Assembly (NCBI GenBank): GCA_043228905.1
Contig: JBHGNT010000015.1
Location: forward strand, 6,200,001 to 6,264,000
Direction of reading: 5' to 3'
DNA: 64,000 nucleotides
Source: Azolla caroliniana
Taxonomy: Eukaryota; Plantae; Polypodiophyta
Of this stretch, positions 51,001 through 61,466 are shown piece after piece; the stretch's first letter is position 1, and each line of letters starts with the position of its first letter. The position numbers were made by a program, and so were the translations under genes. The notes below the pieces were generated by a model. The model had not been told where the DNA came from and searched no databases. It saw only the letters and a program-made list of their open reading frames with translations.

Positions 51001-53339
51001 AATAGAGATGTGTCGTCGTAACAATTAGACCATGTCACCAATGACAAAGGGTGGAGTGCTAGAGTGATGATGATCAATGTGCTTCTTGTATCGCTCACTC
51101 GTGAGACGAAGCTCCAAGGATAAGTCATGATGTAGCTCTTCTAAAATGTGGGCTCGACCCTCTACCGAAGGATTCACATAAGTGGTAGGGAGGGAAATGT
51201 TGAAGCGAGGATGTAAACCATAGTTTGCAAAGAACGGAGTGACGCCAATCAATGCATGGACAAAATTATTGTAGGCGAATTCTGTGAGTGAAAGTAAGTT
51301 GACCCAATCATCTTGTTGGTAACTAACTGAGGACCGAAGATACTGCTCAAGGATTTGGTTGACGCGCTCCGTCTGAGGGTGATAAGCGGAGGACAACTTG
51401 ACGGAGATGCCTAAAGTTTGTAGTAGGTGCTGCCAAAAGTGAGAGACAAACTGGTGTCCGTGATCAGAGATGACATCGTCGGGGAGGCCATGCAAATAGA
51501 CCACATGATTGAGGAGTAGATGCGTCATTCCTTCTCTGGAAATGCTTTTTGAGCATGGAGTGAAGTGAGCAATCTTTGTAAACCGATCAACAACGACCAA
51601 CACCGAGTCATAGCTATTGACCAAGGGTAGATCGGTTATGAGGTCCATAGAGATAGAGGCCCAGGGACGACTAGGGCATGGAAGCGGCTGGAGTAAACCA
51701 TATGGCTGATGATGAGCAACTTTGGGGCGAACGCAAACCTCACAAGTCTTGATGTATTCTTTGAACAACTTCCATGGTTGTGGCCACCAATACCTTCGAG
51801 GGATTAGTTCGAGGGTTTTTGCAACTCCGAAGTGCCCTGCAAGGGGGTCATCATGGCATTCCCGCAACACTCGGGTGCGACTCGGCCCTCCAGGACATAT
51901 AAGAGATGATCACGGAATAACAAACCATCTTGTATGGTGAAGTGGTCAAGGTCCATCCTTCTCGGCGTCTTGGAGGGATTTTGTAGACTATCTTGAATCT
52001 CATTGGCAAAAGCATCAGTCGTGGATGCATCCGTGATCCGTTGGAGCAACGAATCATCCTGCAACATACAAGTGACAAAAAGATGCAATTGGTCAAGTTT
52101 TAGCAAATAGTGAGATTGTTGAGCATGAGTGGCATCCTCGCGGCGGATGGCAAATTCGGGTCGACGAGAAAGAGCATCGGCCTTCCCATGTTGGCCACTA
52201 GGTCGAAATACGATCTCAAAATCATAGTCGGCGAGAAATGTCGACCAACGAGCTTGCCTTCGATTCAAAGTACGAGTAGTGGAAAAATAAATTAAATTCT
52301 TATGATCAATCACTACCTGGACACAGTGTTGTGCTCCGGCCAAATAGGGGCGCCATTCTTCAAAGGCGGCAATGATAGTAGCAAGCTCCTTGTTGTATAT
52401 TGGATAATTGATTTCGGATGCCATGAATTTACGGGAGTAGTAAGCCACCGGGTGCATTATGTTGGAGTCATCGGCCTAGGATAAAATAGCGCCAATGGCG
52501 AAGTCAGAGGCATCATTTTCAACCTGGAAGGGTCGTGTGGGGTCGGCATGTAGAAGCACGGGGGTAGTGGTGAATGCATGTTTGAGAGAGTCGAACGCAT
52601 TTTGTGTCGCCGAGGTCCATAGAAAGGGAGTACCTTTGCGCATGAGGGCAATAAGAGGATGGGCCAGAGTAGAAAACCCCTGGATGAAGCAACGGTAAAA
52701 ATTGGTGAAGCCGAGGATGGATTGTACATCTTTAAGTCGAGTTGGAGTCGCTCACTCCTGAATGACGGAAACCTTCTTCATATCCATTGTGATGCCATTG
52801 GGCGAGATGATGTAGCCCATGAATTCAATCGAGGTACAGTCGAACTCACATTTCTCACTTTTGGCATAAAGGCCGTGCTCCCGATGTTTTGCAAGAACTA
52901 ATTGGACTTGATAGGTGTGCTCCGCCATGTTTGACGAAAAAATGACAATATCATCCAGGTAGATAACCACAAAATGATTGAGATATTCCTGGAATATATC
53001 GTTCATCATATGTTGAAAAACAGTTGGGGGGTTAGTAAGGCCGAAAGACATTACCTTATATTCGAAATGCCCATATCATGTTCGGAAGACGGTTTTCCAT
53101 TCATCACCGGACTTGATGCGGACCAAATTGTACGTGCCATGCAGATCAACTTTGGAGAAGACACGCGCAATGCGAAGCCGGTCGAGGAGTTTGGGGATCA
53201 GAGGGAGCGGATATCGGTTGCACACAGTGAGTTTGTTGAGACCCTGATAGTCTACACATAAGCGTAGAGAGCCGTCCTTCTTCTTCACAAATAATATGGG
53301 GCCCCCGACCGGCAACTTAAAAGGTTGAATAAATCCTTT

Positions 53340-54632
53340 AGAGAGACCATTGGTGATGATGTTATCACGCCAACTCCGAAGCAAATCGTCGGTCCCACAT
53401 GACATTTTTAGGGCTGAGTTCACTCTACCCCCTATGTTAGTAGAAGCACTTTTCCAACTGGTAGTCTTTATACACAAGATACATAACCAACCACTTGATA
53501 GAATATCCCACCAAGCCTTTAAGGCTTCTCGAGCACTGTATGAGTCCGGCTATACTAGCTCATGGTATGGCATGATGGTGAGTTGGCTTCTTGCCAACGG
53601 TCTAAACATTACTAACCTCCCCCCCCCTTAAGTACGACCACATGACTGATAACACTTTAATCTCTCATGAGGACCGTAATAAAGTAATACGCCAAGAAAT
53701 ATGGCAAATTTATACTCGGTATAAATGGATCACCCCACTAGAGCCACTCCCATCTAAAATGTCGTACTATAAGGAACACTTTATGCACTTCTCTGAGTTA
53801 GGTTTTATCACGCGCCCAAAATATCTAGATGTATTCTTACCACATGCACTAAGGGTTGCCATTGGTCAACTTAGAATATCATCTCACCAACTTGAGATTG
53901 AGAATGGACGTACTAATGGAGTCCCTAGGGAGGAAAGGATATGTAGGTTATGCCACATAGAGATAGAGGATGAGTACCATTTTACATGCAAATGCCCCAC
54001 CTATGCCGAGATAAGCAAAATACCGAGACATACTTGGTTCCTCTCCCACCCTCCCTAAACTATTAGATACACTAGATATAAAGAAATTAGGTAGATACAT
54101 CTTAGAATTGAAACAACACAGAGAGAATAAATTACAAAACGTTGATAATAATGTTGCTAATGTTTACCAACATATAACAAATGAAGTTTTTCAGGAATAG
54201 GGGGAGACAATGAATGTCGACACACCTGCACCATTCGGACTTCTCCTTGATGAAGCAGAAAATCAAAGAAGAACCAAACGCCCTCGGATGCTGGGTTTCA
54301 AAGCAACTCGACGAGATGTAGAAGCAATAAAGAAAATAAGGGAACGTGAACTACACCGCCTAGAAGCCATGGCTAGGGCACTTTATGCATCGGGACCATG
54401 GGTCACACCCACACCAAAAACTTTTGACCTCCCACTCCTTTTTGAGAGACTTGGGTGGAAATGAGATTAGGCTTAGTGCAAAGTTTTGTACACTACTAGA
54501 ACTTTCTTAGCTTAAGCTATTTTCTTTTATTTTTAGTTTTGATGATTGGATAAACACTCATTTTTGTTGTAACCTATTTGTCGCATGGGCCAAATTTGGC
54601 CTTAGAAGACGTTAATATATCTTTCTTTCTTT
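53340..54632 (+). mobile_element. 5'-truncated non-L1 LINE (RTEX/L2-like) inserted in the chromovirus RT
   Basis: QLRISSHQLEIENGR..REERICRLC..EDEYHFTCKCPTY; 3' stem-loop and (CTTT)n tail; host frame NLAK|GFIQP rejoins across CTTT. Confidence 0.85.
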
Positions 54633-55334
54633 CGCGAGGTTCTCATTGAGATACACTCGAAGGGCCTTTAGCTCTGGTGAAGACAATGCATATTGAGGAC
54701 CAAAGGGTGGACATGCGCCTTCTTGAAGATCGATGGGACAGTTGTAGAGCCGGTGTTCAGGAAAACGATATACATTACGTTTCTCAAATACATCGGAGAA
54801 GTATTTATACTTGTTAGGAATAGCGTGAAGTGTGTTAGAAGTAGCTCCACAAATGGTGAGCGGGTGATGAACTAAGGGTGGAGTAGCCGAGTCGGGATCA
54901 ACCATCTCCGAAGGATGTGAAACGGAATTGTCCTTCACAGTTTTGCGTGAGCATCCTGGCTCGTTAAATGTGATCAAGCGATTGCACCAATCCACTATTG
55001 GATTGTGCGCCTCTAACCACGATAGTCCTAAGACGATCGGATGCCGAGGGGATGTGATGAGGTAAAAAGGGAGCTCCTCCTTGTGGGAGCCCACACGAAG
55101 CCCTAATGGGATTGTAATCTTGGTAATTGCTCCTGATGAGAGGACACTCCCATCAATGGCTTCAACAGGAATGGGTTTTGAGAGGCATACGATGGGTATC
55201 TAATGTGCTCGGGCTAATGCGACATCGATGAAGCAAGAAGATGCTCCAGAATCAAGTAAAGCGAGAGATTGAATGGAACTGGAATTAAAAGAAAGGCATA
55301 CCTCCAATGTGAAATTGCCTGATGTTCTAGCAAT

Positions 55335-55394
55335 GGAACCACGAGAGACGTCCAGCTACACGGCTCCTACTGCAACCGGACGATGTCGTTTTCC
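55335..55394 (-). other. Putative -1 ribosomal frameshift signal (G GAA AAC plus H-type pseudoknot) at the chromovirus gag-pol junction
   Basis: Heptamer 55394-55388; stem 55382-55371 with 55360-55349; loop GGAGCC pairs with GGTTCC (55340-55335); the -1 frame leads to the protease. Confidence 0.7.
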
Positions 55395-56113
55395 GGATAC
55401 TGGGGTCCGTTTGATCGATGGAATGGTGTGCGATTACTCCTAGGACAATGGCGAAGGAGATGACCCGAGGCCCCACAATATAGGCATAATCCATTAGCAC
55501 GCCGGAATTCTTGTTCGGCATCAGTCAATGGCCGAAAGCGAGCTTGATCAATTTCCATTGGGATTGGAGCATTTGCCAAAGTAGGGGAGCGTGACACCAC
55601 TAATGGGAGTGATACCTAGGGTTGTACGACTGGGGTGTGTCGTGGAAGTGAATGAGTTGAACCCCAATTCCGGCGCTCTTCCTGGCGATTGTCACAATGG
55701 AGTGCTTGTGAAATTGCTTGGGATAACGAGGTGGGCTTGGGAAAGTTCAAGAGAAGATTCTTGACATTGCTCTGAAGGCCTCGCCGAAAGTGATCAGTTA
55801 AAGCTTGATCGTCCTAGTTGACATCACATGCTAGTTGTCGGAATTCCGAAGCATAGATAGAAGCTGCACGCGAACCTTGTTCCGGTGCATAAAGCTTGGT
55901 GAGTGCTGTACGTCGCCAACCCATCTCTCCAAATGTGGCCTCTGACTCGGCCAGGAAGGTAGGAAAGTCCTCCAATAGAGGTGACGAAGTTTCCACTAAA
56001 GGTGCAAACCAAGCTTGGGCCGAACCGGACCGGAGGGTGCCCACAACTTGTTGAAGGCCATCTGCATAACGTTGAGGTTGTAGCCAAATGATTAGGTGAA
56101 TTTGGTTGATGAA

Positions 56114-56419
56114 TGATGGGATTACGGTCCCTTCGGATGGAATGGTCGGATGTCGGAGATGAATGCCGACGAGCCCGGTTTCGGTTTCGGAACCGGATGA
56201 TGAAGACCCCGGCTTCGGAGCCGGATGACGAATGTACCCGGAGAGCGATCCGGATGCAGGGACATATCCGTGAATATGTTTGCTATGGGCCCCTGAGGCT
56301 ATAGTTGTAAATAGCCCCAAAGTCATATATGTATAAATATGACTTAGGGCAAACTGTTTTATTGTTGCTACTCATTTTTCTGTTTTTCCACTCAAGAGGA
56401 GTGAAGAGGGAGCAGCCGT

Positions 56420-56450
<31 letters not shown>

Positions 56451-59400
56451 CGCGAGAGAGGAAGAGGACGACGCCTCTGTGTATTTCCACCGCCTGTGGC
56501 GAGGACAGCGAGCTCAAGGTCGTCGCCTTGCAGCTCGCCATTGTATACTTCTCTTTGTGTAGTGTTGGTTTGGAGTCTTGTACTCCCGTGGTTTTTCCCG
56601 TCTAGGGTTTTCCACGTTAATCCCTGTGTATTCGTGTGTTTCTCTCTGTGGTTCCTATTTTCTGCTGCATTGATTCGCGCTTACTCGGTTGTGGCCGAGT
56701 GGTGAAGGTGAATCGAAGGGTCGATTTCCTAACAAACTGGTATCAGAGCGAGGTTGCTGCAGAAAATGGAAGGCGGCGGCAGCGGGCAGCCGGGGATGAT
56801 GGTGCTGAATGCGCAGAATTACGCCGACTGGAAGATCAAGATGGAGGATCTTCTGATTGTTCGGGACCTGTACGAACCGATTGACAGGTCGGAAATACCG
56901 AAGGGGGTACTTGAGTCGGAATGGAGGCTTCTGAACCGGAAAGCCGTTGCAACCATTCGGCAATACGTCGACGTGAGCGTTCTACAACATGTGGCGAACG
57001 ACACCAACGCATATGAGATGTGGCGGAAGCTGTCGGGCCTCTATGAGAGGAAGAATGCGTTGAACCGGACCTCCCTGATGAGGAAGATAGTGAATCTCAA
57101 GTACCGGGACGGCGAGAGTATGGTGGAACACGTAAGCACGTTCATGGGATTCGTGAATCAGCTTGCGGCGATCAAGTTCCCGTTGGAGGATGCAATGCAA
57201 GCCATCATCCTGATGTGTACATTGCCGGAAAGCTGGGAGAACTTGGTGGTGACTCTCAGCACCTCCTGCACCGAAGATAACTTGTCCTTACAAACGGTAA
57301 AGACAAGTATTTTGAACGAAGAAGCGCGTCGGAGAGATAAAGAACCGGCCTCCGACTCGAAGGCGCTGCTTACCGAATCGGATCGGGGAAGACAATGGAA
57401 CCGGAGTCCGCAAAGACGGGAGAAGTCGGGGACCCGGTCGCAGTCAAGAGGAAGGCCCACATGCTTCCACTGTGGGAAGCCGGGGCACTTCCGAAAGAAT
57501 TGTCGGCATTACCGAAAAGACAACGGAGCCGACGACACCGATTCGAAGAAGTCACCGGAGAGAAACGGTGCATACCGGGGAGCCACGGACCGGAGAGGTT
57601 CGGATCGGCGAGGGCAGGACCGGAAAGGAACAACGGCACTCGCGGCAAGTGAGGAAGAAATCATGCTCATCACCGAAGAAGGTGAACTAAACATTGCCGG
57701 CGATGAGACGACATGGGTGGTCGATTCCGGAGCATCGTTCCACCTGACCCCGGAGAGAAGATACTTCTCATCCTACACAGCCAGTGAGCATGGCTGTGTT
57801 CGAATGGGAAATGAAGGTACGTGCCGGATTGCCGGCATAGGAGACGTGTGGTTGACAACCCCGACCGGATGCAAAATGCTGCTGAAGGATGTCCGACACG
57901 TTCCGGAGGTTCGATTGAACCTGATTTCGGCCGGGAGGCTAGACGATGAAGGCTACACAGGTAGCATCCGGAACGGCGTAATGAAGTTCAGCAAGGGAAG
58001 CCTGATAGTGGCTCGGGCCTGGAAAGTCAACACACTGTACCTTATGAATGCCTGGTTGTGTCCGGAAGAGTTGAACGTTGCAACCGACACTGCCGGTGAG
58101 CTGTGGCACAAGAGACTGTGCCACATGAGTGAGAAGGGGATGAAGAGGCTTGCAGAAGACAACCTTATTCCAGTGAAGCATGTGCACCTGGAGAAGTGCA
58201 CTGATTGCCTGGCCGGTAAGCAGAACCGAACCTCCTTCCACTCAAGGCCACCGACGAGACGTAGCGCACCATTGGAGTTGGTGCACACTGATGTGTGTCA
58301 GGTAGAAACGAAGTCACATGGCGGAGCCCAGTACTTCGTAACATTCATTGATGATCACAGCCGGAAGCTGTGGACGGCACCGTTGAAGACAAAGGACCAA
58401 GTGTTGTGCGTCTTCAAAGAACTCCACGCGAGAGTGGAAAGGGAATCCGGCAAGAAGCTGAAAGCGATACGAGCGGATAACGGAGGGGAATACCGGGGGC
58501 AGTTCGCGGAGTACTGTCGCTCGAAGGGAATCCGGCTCGAGTTTACTGTGCCGAAGACGCCGGAACTAAACGGGCTGGCCGAGAGGATGAACCGGACCAT
58601 AATGGAGAGGGTCCGGAGTATGCTGGCGCATGCGAAATTACCAAAGGGGTTTTGGGCTGAGGCAATGTCGACTGCGACATACGTGATAAACAGATCACCC
58701 TCAGTACCTTTGGACGGAGACACGCCGCAGAAAGTGTGGACCGGAAAGGAAGTGTCCTACCGGCATCTGAAGGTGTTCGGGTGTCTCGCATACGTGCATG
58801 TGGCAAAGGACCGGAGAGGAAAGCTAGATCCAAAGACCCGGCCATGCATATTCCTCGGTTACGGCGACGACGAGTTCGGCTACCGAGTATGGGACCCGGT
58901 CGACAAGAAGATATTCAGGAGTCGAGACATCATCTTCATGGAGGACAAGACACTCGCCGACTGGGAGTCGGAGAAGAAGATGAAGAGCTCCAAGTCGACC
59001 GGTGAGGATCAACTCTACGAGGAGCAGTCCCGACCGGCAAGGGACCGGTTAGCACTCGAGGATCCGGCCGAAGACGGTGAAGAAACCGAACCGGCCGAAG
59101 AAGACGAAAATGATACCGGAACCGGCCCCGATCCCGAAATGGATTCGGATGAAGAAGAATCGGAAGAACCGGTTACCGAAGCTCCGGAACGGAGATATCC
59201 TCTAAGAGAGAGAAGGGCCCCCCGGAGATTTCCGGAACCAGAGCACGTGCTGCTAACCGACGAGGGGGAGCCGGAGAGCTTTGAAGAAGCAAAGCATGAC
59301 ACCCAGAGCCGCAGGTGGTTGAGTGCCATGCAGGACGAGATGGATTCCCTGCATGAGAACCACACATATGAACTTGTGGAGTTGCCGAAAGGAAAGCGGG

Positions 59401-61466
59401 CACTTCGAAACAAGTGGGTGTTCAAGCTGAAACCGGGAGATGCCGGAAACCCCCCGAGATACAAAGCCAGGATCGTGGTGAAGGGGTTTCAGCAGAAGAA
59501 GGGCGTCGACTTCGACGAGATATTTGCCCCGGTAGTGAAGATGACCTCCATCCGGACGGTGCTGAGCATAGCGGCAAGCATGGACCTCGAGGTAGAACAG
59601 ATGGACGTGAAGACGGCATTCCTTCACGGTGACCTCGATGAAGAGATCTACATGCAGCAACCGGAAGGATTCGAGAAGAAAGGGAAGGAGCACCTGGTAT
59701 GCCGGTTGAAGAAGAGCCTTTACGGACTGAAGCAGGCTCCCCGGCAATGGTACCGGAAGTTCGACTCCTTCATGACCGACGAAGGGTACCTCAAAACGTA
59801 GTCCGACCACTGCGTGTTTGTGAAGAAGTTCGAAGGAGGAGACTTTCTAATACTCCTCCTGTACGTGGACGACATGTTGATCGTCGGACGGGACCAGGTC
59901 AAGATACGGATGCTGAAGAAGGCTCTTCACCGAACCTTCTCAATGAAGGACCTGGGTCCGGCGAGGCAAATACTAGGGATGCACATCATCCGGGACCGGA
60001 AGAAGAAGCAGTTGTGGCTGTCACAGGAGAAGTACGTGACGAAGGTGCTTCACCGGTTCAACATGTCGGAAGCAAGACCGGTCGGATCGACCCTCCCGGC
60101 AAACTGCAAGCTGTCCAGCAAGCAAAGTCCCAAGACAAAGGCTGAGAAGGAGGACATGATGAAAGTACCATATGCCTCTGCCGTCGGGAGCTTGATGTAC
60201 GCAATGGTGTGTACCCGACCGGACATCGGATATGCAGTCGGAGTGGTGAGCCGGTACATGAGCAATCCCGGCAAAGAGCATTGGAACGCGGCCAAGTGGA
60301 TACTCCGATACCTGAAGGGCACGACAAACGTGTGCCTCCGATTCGGATCCGGTAAGCCCGAACTCGACGGCTTCACCGATTCGGATATGTCGGCTGACGC
60401 AGATACCAGCCGGTCCACATCAGGGTATGTGATGACGTATGCAGGGGGAGCCGTTTCGTGGCAGTCGAGGCTGCAGAAGACGGTTGCGTTGTTAACCACG
60501 GAGGCGGAGTACATGGCAACTATTGAAGCCGGAAAGGAAATAATATGGATGAAGGACTTCATTAGAGAGCTCGGTATCCGGCAGGAGGAGTACCGACTCT
60601 ACTGCGACAGTCAGAGTGCAATCCACCTTGCGAAGAACGCGGCCTATCACTCCCGGACGAAGCACATCCAGCGAAGATATCACTGGATCCGGGAAAGGAT
60701 AGAAGACAAGGAGTTCGTGCTGACAAAGATCCACACGGACGAGAACGGGTCGGATATGCTGACCAAGGTGCTCACACCCGACAAGCTGGAAGCATGCCGG
60801 AAGAGGATCGGATTGGAAAGACATCCCATGCCGAAGTGAAGGGGGAGTTTGATGGGATTACGGTCCCTTCGGATGGAATGGTCGGATGTCGGAGATGAAT
60901 GCCGACGAGCCCGGTTTCGGTTTCGGAACCGGATGATGAAGACCCCGGCTTCGGAGCCGGATGACGAATGTACCCGGAGAGCGATCCGGATGCAGGGACA
61001 TATCCGTGAATATGTTTGCTATGGGCCCCTGAGGCTATAGTTGTAAATAGCCCCAAAGTCATATATGTATAAATATGACTTAGGGCAAACTGTTTTATTG
61101 TTGCTACTCATTTTTCTGTTTTTCCACTCAAGAGGAGTGAAGAGGGAGCAGCCGTGAGAGAGAGAGAGAGAGAGAGATAGAGCGCGAGAGAGGAAGAGGA
61201 CGACGCCTCTGTGTATTTCCGCCGCCTGTGGCGAGGACAGCGAGCTCAAGGTCGTCGCCTTGCAGCTCGCCATTGTATACTTCTCTTTGTGTAGTGTTGG
61301 TTTGGAGTCTTGTACTCCCGTGGTTTTTCCCGTCTAGGGTTTTCCACGTTAATCCCTGTGTATTCGTGTGTTTCTCTCTGTGGTTCCTATTTTCTGCTGC
61401 ATTGATTCGCGCTTACTCGGTTGTGGCCGAGTGGTGAAGGTGAATCGAAGGGTCGATTTCCTAACA
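56114..61466 (+). mobile_element. Ty1/copia LTR retrotransposon D, very recent
   Basis: LTRs 56114-56734 and 60850-61466, nearly identical; TSD ATGAA; PBS 56738-56749; PPT ~60838-60847. Confidence 0.98.
56766..60839 (+). CDS. Copia D gag-pol polyprotein (Tnt1-like) with one in-frame TAG at 59799
   Basis: ORFs 56754..59801 and 59814..60839 are in the same frame; CFHCGKPGH, VDSGAS, HTDVC, YVDD, DSD, RTKHI. Confidence 0.92.
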
